In this document: positions 28,255 to 41,265 of the stretch, one piece after another | Position numbering within the stretch: position 1 is the stretch's first letter | Layout: every line of letters begins with the position of its first letter | Origin: Octopus sinensis | Taxonomy: Eukaryota | Length of the DNA stretch: 64,000 bases | Assembly: GCF_006345805.1 (NCBI RefSeq) | Contig: NC_042997.1 | Coordinates: 118,234,001-118,298,000, forward strand | Reading direction: 5' to 3' | Notes under the pieces: model-generated | Told to the model about the DNA's origin: nothing | Seen by the model: only the letters and a program-made list of their open reading frames with translations | Databases searched by the model: none | Made by a program: the position numbers and the translations under genes

Positions 28255-28510
28255 GGGCATATGCTGTAGTGGTTAAGAGCTCGTGCTACTAACCACAAGA
28301 TTCCGAGTTCGATTCCAAGCAGTGACCTGAATAATAATAATAATGATAATAACAGCGAAAAATACCTTAGGAGTGAGAACCCTGGTTCGAAATTTCCTCA
28401 AGACACCTAATGAAGGCTGGAGGTCATATCAGCCGAAACATTGCGTAAACAGCAACAAGATGAAGACAAATATCCGTCGAATGTAAATAATGTAAATAAT
28501 GTAAATTCCC
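28255..28510 (+). mobile_element. tRNA-head/(TAA)n/hammerhead SINE-like element
   Basis: A-box-like tgctgtagtgg, B-box gagttcgattcc, short (TAA)n. HHR at 28403-28446: acac-CTAATGA-a-GGCTG..CAGCC-GAAAC-ATT-gcgt. Ends in three aatgtaaat repeats. Confidence 0.8.
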
Positions 28511-29029
28511 AAAATATCTGTTATCATCGAAATAGTTTCTGTTTACAACTCCCAACGTTCCTATTATTTCTATTTCCAGATATTTATATGAGAATGATAG
28601 TGATACATGAACGTCTATTGACACTAACATATCCACTAGAAGTCCCGATTTTTTTTCTGGTGGTCCCCAACAGCAATATCTAGTTCATTTTTTATGCTTG
28701 ACATAATCTAGTTTACAATGTTATAAATCGTTCTTTACTACTTTTGTTCGACCGCTTAAAGGCAGAGAGGACACACATCCCCACGAAAGTAACCGGTTAG
28801 ATTCTTATTCGAAGCTGCAGAGACTCTTTGTGTGTAACCGCGAGTTCTAATTTTACAGTGAGGCTATATATACGATAATCAAATGCATTGGTATAGCTCT
28901 GCGTATCTATTTGTAAATATTTGTAGTCTATTTCCATAGAGCATTTATCAATTTTGAAAATTTAAATGCATCATTTCGAAGACGTACATAATTCTTTTTT
29001 ATGTAAGAATGGAAATTCTTGAGGTATTT

Positions 29030-29920
29030 CTTACAACAATAACAAAACAACAACAACAACAACAACAACAACAAGAACAGAAGCAGCAGCAGTAACAGTG
29101 ATAATAACAACAAAAATAAAATTAATGTTATTTATGATGTTGTTGATGATGATGATGATGATGATGGTATGATAATATCTTTTATTGGCTTCAAGGTTCC
29201 AAGATATTGGGAAAAGTACAAAAGAGAAAATAGGCAGAAAGAAGAGAAACAAACTGCAAACAACAACAACAACAACAACAAAAAGAAAAAGCAAAAAACA
29301 GAGGTGGATTTACATCGAGTAGAATGATGAGGATTAGCATTAACAATGAAGACACGTTTAGAAAGAGATAATAATAAAATAATTACATAATGATAATAAT
29401 AATAATAATAATAATAATGATAATAATAATAATAATAGTGACAATAATTCGATAATAACAATAATAATAAATCATAAATAATAACAATAGTTACAACAAC
29501 AATATCAACAATAATATTATTAATAATAATAATAATGATAATAATGATGATAATAATTAGCAATAATAATAGACCTAACACAGCTCAGAGAATGTAGCGC
29601 ACATAAATATGGTTCAACATCTAAATAGAGAAGAGAAAGCAAACAAGAAAAGTGAAATACAATTAGCAGCCAATAAAAACAACACAAATGGCATTGTACA
29701 TATTCTACTAAACAAACTAGAATAACAATGAAATAACGAAAGGAATAGTATAATCCAATAGAATAAGAGTTTACGAAGGAAAAACAAAATACAGCCATCT
29801 TTCAAAAGTGAAATCATGTTGCACACAACTCAGGCAGATTGCAGCTGCCTTGCGCAGTAGAAGCTCACATGAAACTCTGCTGCTGGTGTTACTGTTGTTA
29901 ATGTTGTTGTTGTTGATGAC

Positions 29921-29974
<54 letters not shown>

Positions 29975-30480
29975 GATGATGATGATGATGATGATGATGA
30001 AGATGATTATGAAGAAGATGATGATGATGATAATGATGATGATGAAGATGATGATGAAAATGATGATGAAGATAATGATGATGAGGATGATGAGGATGAT
30101 GTTGATGATGAAGATGATGAAGATGATGACGATGATGAAGATGCTGATAATGATAATGATAAAGATGATGACGATGATGCTGAAGATGATGACGATGATG
30201 CTGAAGATGATGATGATGACGATGATGATGAAGATGATGATGATGATGAGGGAAATGCTCATGATGAAGATGATGGTAATGATGATGAAGATGATGATGG
30301 TGAAGACGAAGTTGATGATGATGATGAAAATGATGATGATAAAGATGATGATGATGATGATGATGACGACGATGATGATGGTGAAGATGAAGATGATGAT
30401 GGTGAAGATGATGATGATGATGATGGTGAAGATGATGATGATGATGATGATGATGAAAATGATGATGATGATGATAGTTT
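29030..30480. repeat. Compound trinucleotide microsatellite field (AAC, TAA, GAT)
   Basis: Direct reading; source of the poly-M/H/I/D ORFs in the track. Confidence 0.95.
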
Positions 30481-30953
30481 GATAAAGCTATTGGTTTCAA
30501 ACGTAGGCACAAGGCCAGCAATTTCGGAGGAAGCGGTAAATCGAATACGTCGACTCCAGTGTTCAACTGCTACTTCTTTTATTGATTCCGAAATGATAAA
30601 AAGCAAAGTCGACAAGAACAATAACGATTTCTAAAGGGAAAAATGGTTGTATGTTTGAGGGGCGTGTACGAGTCGATATCAACCAGTTCAGTACTTTAAT
30701 GATATTTTATCTTATTGACCTAGAAAGTATAAATGGTAAAGTTGACATGGACTAGAGTCGAATCCAGATCGTATAGTGTCGGAAGAGATGCTGCTAAGCA
30801 TTTTGTCGGATCTCAGTTCATTCACTACCTCGGCTTTACTTAGGACTGCATGCATATTGCGTAAAGTACTGTCTGTCCGAGGTCCTTATTGTAACTTGAC
30901 AGACAGTACAATCCCCCGGTAAACATCATGTGACGTCTTCAATAATAATAATA

Positions 30954-30989
<36 letters not shown>

Positions 30990-31012
30990 TAATAATAATA
31001 ATAATAATAATA

Positions 31013-31676
31013 ATCTGTGGACAAAATGGTGAAACCGTATGGCATATTATCAGCCAATGTGCGTCATTAGACCAGAAGGAATATAAGAGACGCCACGAAA
31101 ATATAACAAGGCTTGTCCATTGGACACTTTGCAACAAGTATGGACTTGACAGAGCAAAAAATTGGTACTACCACAAACTCGAAGGCATCATCGAAAATGA
31201 CAATGCAAAGATTCTGTGGGATTTTATGATTCGGTTCGACTATGAGATAGAGAATAGGAAGCCAGATATAGTCTTAATTGAGAAAGAAAGCAAACTATGC
31301 TGGATCATAGATATAGCATGCTTAGCTGACAACAAGGTATGCGATAAGGAAGAAAGAAAATTCGATAGATATGACAGGTTAGCTTGGGAAGTTAGGCAGT
31401 TGTGGTTATGTAAAAGTTGGTAGTGGTACCAATAATTGTCGGAGCCCTGGGACAGTGCGGCGTAAAAATCTTGAGAAGCACGTGGAACAAATGGGGACTG
31501 CAATAAGGGTGGAGCACTTGCAGAAAACAGTACTACTTGGAATCGCTCGAATACTCCAGAAGGTGCTCGAAAATAAGAGGTATTACCTTAGTTCACTGGT
31601 AGTGAACAACTGACACCGAAGTACATCTCCAGCGTTAGAAGCTGTGCAAAGAAAATAAAAATAAAAATAATAATAA
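31013..31676 (+). mobile_element. 5'-truncated R4/Dong-clade LINE 3' end (zinc knuckle plus restriction-like endonuclease) in (TAA)n
   Basis: CGQNGETVWHIISQC, KRRHENI, KILWDFMI, RKPDIVLIEK..WIIDIAC..KEERKFDRY, VVPIIVGALG, LQKTVLLGIARILQKVL-stop. TAA tracts on both sides. Confidence 0.9.
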
Positions 31677-32490
31677 GTGCATGGTGCCCTCCACCTTAAG
31701 GCAAATGTACACAGACTCTACATGAAGAGATGAAAGGGTGGGCGCGGACTGATTAGCGTATGGGAGTGCATCAACAGTAAAAGAAGAAATATTTGGTAAA
31801 CAGCAAATAAGACCTGTTACAGTATGCTGCTAGTGCAGAAATAGACTTGAGAGTGCTCATGAATTCCGAACCAGAGCAGGCAACGAGAGAGAAGAAACCC
31901 TATTCCGTATGGAATTATATTACATGGTCAGTTCCACCGTGAAACCAACAAATTAAAAACAAGGGAGCGTCATGGAGGTGGCTCCAGAAGGATGACCTAA
32001 AAAGGAATAATGGAAGACTAAACATCGCGGCTCAGGACCAGGCATTGAATACCAACTGAGTGAAAAAGACTATATACTACTCAAGTGCATCAGACCTCTG
32101 CAGAATACGTGGGAAGAGGGTCGAAAGAGTGACTCACATTGTTAGTGTTTGTGAAAGTCTTGCGCAGAAAGAGTACAAATGTAGACACGACAAAGTAGAC
32201 CAAGACCTCCACTGCCCACTATGCCGTAATTATGAATATGAGGTTACGGGTGCTTGGTACCAAAATACACATGAAAAGGTAATAGACGAAAATAGTAAGG
32301 CAAAAGTCCTCTGGGAGTTTGATTTCCAGACAGACAAAGTGTTAGAGCACGAAAGGCCAGATATAGTAACCTTTAGGAGGGACAAACAAGAGTGCCTAAT
32401 AATCAACGAAGCAGTGCCAGGAGTTCAACATATCATCATGAAAGAAAGAGAAAAAGTTGATAAATATGGAGACCTGAGAATTGAGTTCTA
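31677..32490 (+). mobile_element. Second, more decayed R4/Dong-clade LINE fragment
   Basis: HGALHLKANVHRLYMKR*KGGRGL, LHGQF, IAAQDQAL, THIVSVCESLAQKEYKCRHDKV, KVLWEFDFQTDKVLEHERPDIV. Confidence 0.85.
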
Positions 32491-32723
32491 GTGATCGCTT
32501 GGGTCTGTAGTCCTCGAATCAGCGTTCTCCTTTCTTATTTTGAGAAGCCTAATTTCTTAACATTGGTACTTAGGCAGTGTATATATGTATGTCATTGTTC
32601 AGTTTTATTTCAAAAGTTCTTGCCAATAGAGAAAGAGCCGGTTACTAACCTAGATTCAAGGTTCCTTCACTGGAATTTCAACATCAACAACAGGGTATGT
32701 TTGTATGTATGTATGTATGTATG

Positions 32724-32754
<31 letters not shown>

Positions 32755-33009
32755 GTATGAATGAATGTATGTATGTATATGTGCAGATTTGTATGCTTTG
32801 CTTTCTGTATGTACTCTCATCCTTTGAGTTGCAAATCTAGACATACTCATATATATTTAAATGATAAACTTCTGGAAAGTTTTACAGATTTTCACAGTTC
32901 CAGTGATGGACTGGATCTGTAGTCTTCGAATTAGCTTTCTCTTTTCTGGTTTTGAGAAGCCTAATTTCTCAAGACTGGTATTTAGGCAGTGAGTTACATA
33001 ATCCAGGGC

Positions 33010-33312
33010 TCCGATGAAAAATCGCCACTTCCCTAGTTTCCTCGCTCACTCGATGGAGAAGGGATCGGGCCGTCGCCGAGCGGTAGTTCATTATCTGGTG
33101 CGAAGCGCGCGGTGCCGATGCGCGACCCTTAGTCGAGAACAGTGTCGGTCGGGGAGTTTGGGGCGGTACGTCTGTCAAACGGTAACGCAGGTGTCCCAAG
33201 GCGAGCTCACCGTGGGCGGAAACCACACGTCGAGCAATTGGGCAAAAGCTCGCTCGATCTCGATTTTCAGTACAAATACGGACCGCGAAAGCGTGGCCCA
33301 TTGATCCTTTCC
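33010..33312 (+). pseudogene. Dispersed 28S rRNA fragment from the 3' conserved domain
   Basis: ggggagtttg(actg deleted)gggcggtac.tctgtcaaacggtaacgcaggtgtcc.aaggcgagctca...gggcaaaagctcgct.gatct.gattttcagtac matches the conserved eukaryotic LSU sequence. No rDNA context. Confidence 0.9.
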
Positions 33313-33319
33313 GAAAAAA

Positions 33320-33553
33320 AGGCGGCGAGCTGGCAGAAACGTTAGCACACCGGGCGAAATGCTTAGCAGTATTTCGTCTGCCGCTACGTTCTGAGTTCTA
33401 ATTCCGCCGAGGTCGACTTCGCCTTTCATCCTTTCGGGGGTCGATTAAATAAGTACCAGTTACGCACTGGGGTCGATATAATCGACTTAATCCGTTTGTC
33501 TGTCCTTGTTTGTCCCTTCTGTGTTTAGCCCCTTGTGGGTAGTAAAGAAATAG
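33320..33553 (+). mobile_element. SINE family A, full length, low divergence
   Basis: Complete head, central domain and ...agtaaagaaatag tail. Confidence 0.9.
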
Positions 33554-33554
33554 G

Positions 33555-33765
33555 TATAAATCTGAACTTGTAATCTGGATAGAGTAACTGCAGATTTCTC
33601 AATAGTTCAGAATAGGTGTTCTCTTTTCCACTAATCTTCAGCTTTATGTTAACATCCGCTCGGCAGCTAATTCCCACAACTGTGCACAGCTTCTCTTCTC
33701 TATCCCAAATCATTATATCAGGTCTTTTGAGCTTACATTTTATTGAGGTCTTCACTGGAACATTC
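33555..33765 (-). mobile_element. Restriction-like endonuclease fragment of a non-LTR retrotransposon
   Basis: KRPDIMIWDREEKLCTVVGISC...KENTYSELL...FRFIPI (PD-(D/E)xK-type fold). Confidence 0.75.
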
Positions 33766-34249
33766 CACCGGAACCCCTTTTATTTTTGAGTATCTATGGC
33801 TTCTACCATATTGTGGGTTCTTACTTTTTTGTCTCTGGGGTTATCCTTCTGACGGATTTCATTATGTATTTATGTATGTATGTACGTATATACAAACATC
33901 CATCAATCCATCCACCCATCCATCCATCCATCCATCCATCCATCCATCCATCCATCCATCCGTTCATCCATCCATCCATACGTATATATATATGTGTGTA
34001 TATATACATACACATACACACACACACGCATATACGTATGTATGTATATACATGAGGGTGCATGGTTTAGTGGTTAGGGCGTTGCACTCAGAACCGTGAG
34101 AGGTGGTTTCAGGGACTGAAACCACGATCTCACGATCTCACGTATACCTCACGTGACGTGAGGTATACCGTGCAACTGTTAAGAGGACCTAGATTTCACA
34201 GAGGTAATGGTGAAGAATTTGCAGAAAAGTCTTTCTCGGACTAAAAGAG

Positions 34250-34314
34250 ACTACCCTCGTCCTCCTCCCCTCCTCCTCCTCCTCATCATCACCACCACCA
34301 CCATCACCATCACC

Positions 34315-34348
<34 letters not shown>

Positions 34349-34450
34349 TCATCGTCGTCATCGTCGTGGTCGTGGTCGTCGTGGTCGTGGTCGTGGTCGT
34401 CTTGTTCGTCATCATCATCGTTGTCATCATCATCATTATTATCAGCTCCC
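34250..34450. repeat. Compound CCT/CAC/CAT/CGT trinucleotide tract
   Basis: Direct reading. Confidence 0.9.
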
Positions 34451-35399
34451 CTCCTCTCTCTAAGTAGAAGGTATTTGCCCAAGATGCCACGCAGTGGTAC
34501 TTAACCCAAAACCACGTGGCTGTAAAGAAACCTTGTTAATGACTCAGCCACGCATGCGTATGGTGTTAAAATACAGCGGATATACGAGGGTTTACAACTT
34601 TCCATCCAATCCATAATAATAGCTCTGCCTGGAACAGAACACGTTCTACAGTTTGCTTCCATAAAATACTTCAATAATATCAATTTGGTCAACACATAAT
34701 CACCAAAAATAAAAAAAAAGGAAAGAGTAAAATAAAAAAAACAAAAACAAATCTCAATTCTATGAAAATATCGCACTTAACATAGTATGAATTATACAAT
34801 AATTTAAACAACGCAAACGATGCAGCACATGCGCAGTGATCACCAGCCAATAAAATTACAGCTTCTAACCGAGAACCTCCACAAAATATCCTTGTTGTGC
34901 TATAATATATTTTATGGTACTGTTAAGCAAACTGAAATGATTAAGGATAACAAAAAAAACAAAAAAAAAAAAACAACTACAAAAGCAAAACCGGTAAAAT
35001 AGACATAATCCATATCCCTTTTTAATTCACCAAACGAGAAAAGTGAGCATACTCATTAATGCTCCGTCCTGCAGTGAAAATCACGTAAGACATTTTTGAA
35101 AAACCATCGTGAATAAATGAAAAACAAAGCGTGCAAAATGCTACTTCATCAATGTAAAACTGATGCTAAATTGAACAAAAACTTTAACTTTTTTTCCTCA
35201 TATTTCTGCAAATAAAATTAAAAATGCATAAATATATTCGAGAAGAATATGTTCCTATGATACATTCACATTTTACAGCTAGATACTCTTTCACAAGGGA
35301 AAGACTACCATAATATAGGCATGTAGTAAAATATAATGTGATCTAGAATCTCTATGCATCCTGAAAGAAAAGTTTAAGAAGCCACATACTTAAAGCCAA

Positions 35400-35450
<51 letters not shown>

Positions 35451-35906
35451 CGATAAAAATAGAAGACCTAAAGGGGGGAAAATTTATTGCTGTAAATGCT
35501 TCCCTAAAATAGAAATACACAAATACAGTACAAGACCTACGTCTATCGAAGGTACACAAAAATATTCTGTGTCATATATATAGTAAAAGCAATAATAATA
35601 AAACTACTGGATTATGTTTGCACGCTGTTCTTAACAACAATAACAATGATAATATACAATAATGAAATAAGTTATGGGTTCTAATATGACCAACACTTTT
35701 AAGGAAGGGAATTAATCGATATCATAGAATCCAGTACTTGACTGGTATTCATTTTGTCGGCTCCGAAATGAGGGAAAAGCAAAGTTGATCTCGGAACTCA
35801 GAACCTTATGAGTCGAAAGGTATGTCGCTAAGCATTTTGTCTGAAGTCTTAACGGTTCTTTCCAGTTCACTGTCTTAAAAATAATAATGTAGCGGCGAGC
35901 GAAACA

Positions 35907-36170
35907 CTTATTTCTTTACTACCCACAAGGGGCTAAACACAGAAGGGACAAACAAGGACAGACAAACGGATTAAGTCGATTATATCGACCCCAGTGCGTA
36001 ACTGGTACTTATTTAATCGACCCCGAAAGGATGAAAGGCAAAGTCGACCTTGTTTTTAGGATGAAAGGCAAAGTCGACCTCGGCGGAATTTGGACTCAGG
36101 ACGTAACGGCAGACTAAATACGGCTACGCATTTCGCCCGGCGTGCAAACGTTTCTGCCAGCTCACCGCCT
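35907..36170 (-). mobile_element. SINE family A with an internal ~24-bp duplication
   Basis: aggatgaaaggcaaagtcgacct occurs twice at ~36028-36081. Confidence 0.85.
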
Positions 36171-36178
36171 TAATAATA

Positions 36179-36273
<95 letters not shown>

Positions 36274-36370
36274 GATAAAAATAATAATAATAATAATGAT
36301 GATGATGATGATGATGATGCGGTACCATACGCAATGAGGGTTATCCGAGATGTGGTCATTGTTAGTTGAA

Positions 36371-36440
<70 letters not shown>

Positions 36441-36453
36441 GTAATAATAATCA

Positions 36454-36662
36454 AGGCGGTGAGTCGGCAGAAATGTTTGCACGCCGGGCGAAATACTTAA
36501 CAGTATTTCTTCTCTCTTTACGTTCTGGGTTCAAATTCCGCCGAGGTCTGCTTTACCGTTCATCCTTTCGGGGTTGATAAATTAAGTACCAGTTGCGTAT
36601 TGGAGTCGATCTAATCGACCGGGTCCCACCCCTAAAATTTCAGGCCTTGTGCCTGAAGCAGA
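36454..36662 (+). mobile_element. SINE family A-type copy with alternative tail
   Basis: aggcggtgagtcggcag head and central domain, following a (TAA)n tract. Confidence 0.8.
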
Positions 36663-37389
36663 AAATAATAATAATGATGATTCCTATATTTTTTTGCCCG
36701 ATTTTCCACCGATTCTGCCGATGTACCACACTTAGCTAGGTCGCAATAATATTAATACTAATTATTATTAATATCAATAACACATTTTACATTCTGCTAA
36801 TTTCGCTGATATTTTTATCTTTAGTTTTCAGCCCTGAAAACATATCTTCATTCCAACATATTGATAAATTCCATATTTTTTTTGGTTTGTTTATCTTTGT
36901 TTGTTTATTTCTTTCTTTCATTTATTTCATCCATTCGTTGATTTCATAGTTTTCGTTTGTTCCTTTATTTTCACTCTTTACCTTTCTTCCATTTTCTTCA
37001 TCGACCCTGCACCCCTCCTTCATTCTTCTACCACACCACCCACCCTTTCTTCTTTGTTGTTCACATACCATTCCATTACAATTTTGATAAACACAAGAGA
37101 AGACATAAAAAGAGAACTGGAGAGAAATTCCTTCTGAACTAAATTTCCATCGTTAATTTCTATAAATTTCTATAAATACTTATTCAACTGTGACGTTATA
37201 AAATCTACCAGACCGTAAAACTTTCCAAGCGAAGTCATGCATAATATTCCAAAGATTTACACATCATATTCATGTTCTTCTTATCGCTATTGTTGTAATT
37301 ATTCTTATTCTTATTCTCATTCTGAATTCCTTGTATTTGCTCTTCTCTTCGCTTTTTGCAACATCATACTTACACCTACATCCGACTTT

Positions 37390-37422
37390 ATAATGACGAT
37401 GATGATGATGATGATGATGATG

Positions 37423-37482
<60 letters not shown>

Positions 37483-37533
37483 TTAATAATAATGTTAATA
37501 ATAATGTTAATAATAATAATAATAATAATAATG

Positions 37534-37581
<48 letters not shown>

Positions 37582-38170
37582 TCATCACCACCATCATCAT
37601 CACCGTTACCACTATTATCGTCATGATCATTATCATTATCAGCATTATTGCCATTGCGAGCACATTCGTCATCATGATGATGATCATCATCGTCGTCATG
37701 GTTGTCATCGTCCTCATCACCACAACTGTTACCCTCGCCATGATACTTTCCGCACTCCTCATCCTCATTGCGTCAGCCTCCTCTTCATTAATATCATCCT
37801 TCCTTGCAGTTTTCCTTCTCGTCGTTATCGACTTCACCCTTATGCAATCCCAACCAGCAGCACGACCATCAGGAGACCATGACGACGACGACCTTCACCA
37901 CCACCATGACCACCACCAGCACCATGACCACCACCACCACCACCACCACCACCACCACCACCACCACCACCAAAACCACCACCAACACCACAACCACCAC
38001 CATGACCAGCACCACCACTAGCACCAGCACCACCATCACCACCAGCACCACCAGCACCACCAGCACCACCACCTTCATCATCATCATTGTCATCATCATC
38101 TTCGTCGTCGTCACCATTACGCTCGCAGATGTCCTTAGCGTTATAGTTTTTGTCGTTATCATCAACCCCG
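37390..38170. repeat. Compound GAT/TAA/CAT/CAC microsatellite field
   Basis: Direct reading; explains the poly-N/H/T ORFs. Confidence 0.9.
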
Positions 38171-38535
38171 TCAATGCCTCCATCGCCGTCACACTTTTGA
38201 TATTGTCAGATCTAGTCATTATCTACTATAATGATACTCTTGTGCTTTTCTCCGTCACAACACACGAATGAGAAAGAAAGGGGTGATAGATAAATAAGGA
38301 AGGAAGGAAGGGGTAATGGCAAACTGATAGTGGAAGTTACATGCGGGATTGTTGGGGACCGCTTGTGAATTCCATATTCCCACGAAACGTCTTCTATGGA
38401 TTCTCAATGGCACTACTAAATACAATGGCGAATTTTCATTCGACTATTACTGCTGCTGTTACTGCTACTTCAAGTACTACACAAATCTACCCAAACCCTG
38501 CTATTGCTCTTCCGCTATCTCGGCGTAGAAGAAAC

Positions 38536-38867
38536 ATGAGAGTAGCGTGCTGGAACGTCAGAACACTTCGTGACGACGGTGTCCAGGCACTTACGACGAA
38601 GGCTCTGCACAGGTACCGCGTGGCCGTTGCTTGTCTTTCAGAAGTGCGGCTTGCGGACGTCGGCCATCAAAGTCCCCGGCGAAGAATTCACCTACCATCT
38701 GTATCACAGTGGTGTGACTGATAACAGTGGCCTCCACGGGATGGCTATAGTGCTCAGCCCTGACGCGCAAGCGGCTTTGCTAGCGTGGCAGCCAATCTCG
38801 CACCGACTCGCGCTAGTTCGATTGAAGGGTCAAATCTCCAACGTCAGCGTCATCGCTGTGTATGCTC
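38536..38867 (+). mobile_element. RTE-type LINE 5' fragment (APE endonuclease N-terminus), abutting a family B SINE
   Basis: MRVACWNVRTL..VACLSEVR..YHLYHSG..HGMAIVLS..WQPISHRLALVRL..NVSVIAVYA, one frameshift. SINE B head on - at 38868-39004. Confidence 0.85.
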
Positions 38868-39687
38868 TACCAAATCCACTCACAAGATTTTGGTCGGCCC
38901 GAAGCTATGGTAGAAGACACTTGCCCAAGGTGCCACGCAGTGCGACTGAACCTAGAACCATGTGGTTCGTAAGCGAGCTACTTACTATACAGCCACTCCT
39001 ACGCCTATGTCATCTAATCTACCTAATATCACACTAGTTTGAAAAATAACGCCCCTAGAAAACAATAAACAAAACAAAAGGTACACTAGATACAGTGTAT
39101 ACATTATCATTAGAAACATATAGAGTTTCAGTTCTCTAAATTTACCTTCTTTTTTTTTCTTTAACATATTCGATATTTCATGGAATGATATGAAAGCTTT
39201 CTCACTTGGCCTATTTCTCTATTATTATTGATGTAGCGACCAGTCTAGAGAAAATAGGATGGTCTTAGCTGGAAAGTGTTTAATGATATCAATCTACTCC
39301 ACTATGGCTTGATTTGAGAGATACTAAATCACAACAACAATCTATGGTTCACAACACTGAATTATGTGGGTTTTGACGAATAGGTGTTTTGTTTATCGTG
39401 GCAATATTTATCACAAAGAAAGAAATGTGAATTAAGTGATGAAATATAACAAAACAAAATGAACAGCAGAAATTGTTGACAAAAAGAAAAAAAATATCGT
39501 TAATCAGCTAATAATAATAATGCTGCCGATAATAACAATAATGATATTAATGATAACAATATATTAGATGAGCTTAAATACGTAAATAATCATAGAAGAA
39601 TCTCAAGATAAATATTATTGTTTAAAGAAAAATACAACCGAAAATAGATGCATATGAAGATAAATAAATATATATATTTGTATATAT

Positions 39688-39768
<81 letters not shown>

Positions 39769-40589
39769 AGCTCTATATGTGAGTGTGAATGTGTGTGTGC
39801 ATTTGTGTGTGTACATGTGTGTGTGTGTGCATTTGTGTGCGAATTTCTATTTACAAAAAAATATTTTTAAAATCATGATGGAAAGCTTAGATAATTAAAA
39901 GCAAAATACCAATTAGGAAGAAAGAAAATAAAAATATACAGAACTGTGAACTACTGATAAAATCTAATTTTATAATAATAATAATTCTAAAATTTCAACT
40001 TTTCCCAGGGAGTTACATTTTGTTTTATAAATTGCCAGGAGAAGGAATAGAAAATATCACAGATGTGACAAATACGTCTGAATGTGAAGGAAAAGCAACA
40101 CAACAAACACCTTCCATTGATAGTATTGGATATTTTGAAGGCGAAATACTAGGCGGTATTTCGCCTGCCGCTACGTTCTGAGTTCAAAATCCGCCGAGGT
40201 CGATTTTTCCTTTCATCCTTTCGGGGTCGATAAATTAAGTACCCTTACAAAAATTTCGGGCCGTGTGCCTAAGTAGAAAAGAAGATTGGATAGCTTGATT
40301 TAAAAAAGTTTTGAATGCAAAGGCGCAGTCGTTGCTGTGTAATTAAGAAACTCACTTTGCAAAAGCATCGCTTTGGTTTCCATTCCACAGTGCAGAATCT
40401 TGGTCAGGTGTCTTTAACTATAAACTCGGGTACACCAAAAGCCTCGAGAGTTCGCCGTAAAACCACACAAACACGTGCGCGTTACTTTGAGCTTGTTGAA
40501 AAGCTTGACAATCGGTATTGGTTTGTTAATGTCTCTGAAACCTTGCGGTTTAGCATAAGAGGCCTGTGGAGTGGCTACCAAAGTTGAGA

Positions 40590-41265
40590 CGGGGAGATTT
40601 TCTCGATGCAAAATACCGCAGATGTCAAGAGAAACGACGAGGATGCTTTTGATTGAGCTGCGTCTCTGTCCTGCCTTCTTCGGTCGTGGAGATGACGGGG
40701 TCTTCCATTGTAACGACTGCTGCTTCGTCTCAGGGTTGTACCCGTAGACGCAAATCTCGTCTCTGTGATGATCCTCGTCCTAAAGGATGGGTCATCAGCG
40801 GCACGCTGATGGAGATTTGACGGACTTCGACGCGATGATCTTTCTGCTCAGTAGTCACCATACGGGGGACAAACTTAGCAAAGACACGTCGCATGTTCAG
40901 TTCAAACGTTAGGCTTGCCAGCTCGGAGCCATACGACTGACCAACAACATACAACAATGTCGTTGGTCCTCCTCTGACGATCCTCATAAGCAAGCTGATG
41001 AATTTTCTATACATTTTCGGGAGTGACGCTCGTGGCAGATCTTCCAGATTGCTCATCGTCTTTCAAGGTCATTCTTCCGCTTTTGAAGCACCCGTGCCAC
41101 CACTTGAAACACTGCGTATGATCCATTGCCTCGTCACCGTAAGCTGCCAAAGCATGCTCAATATCTCTGTAGCAAACTTCCCGAGTTTAAAGCAAAATTT
41201 CAGATTAGCTTTTTTTTCTGTCCATGACAAAATCGCAGACTACAGCATAAACGTGATCACAAAAA
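40590..41265 (-). mobile_element. Decayed mariner transposase fragment, same family as 7116-8002
   Basis: Shared gtgatcacgt...gtctgcgattttgtcatggaca leader. Peptides AYGDEAM, NMRRVFAKFVPR, YGYNPETKQQSLQWK, LDICGILHRE. Confidence 0.85.

Noticed and set aside
29771-30621. Long ORFs of 120-224 aa (poly-M/K, poly-H, poly-I, poly-S)
   Set aside because: All are frames of a (GAT)n/(GAA) compound microsatellite; no splice or codon evidence.
33010-33312. Functional rDNA unit
   Set aside because: Only ~300 nt, with a deletion in a universally conserved motif and no adjoining rRNA sequence.
37237-38271. Overlapping poly-N/H/T ORFs resembling mucin or His-rich proteins
   Set aside because: Pure trinucleotide mosaics open in several frames at once.
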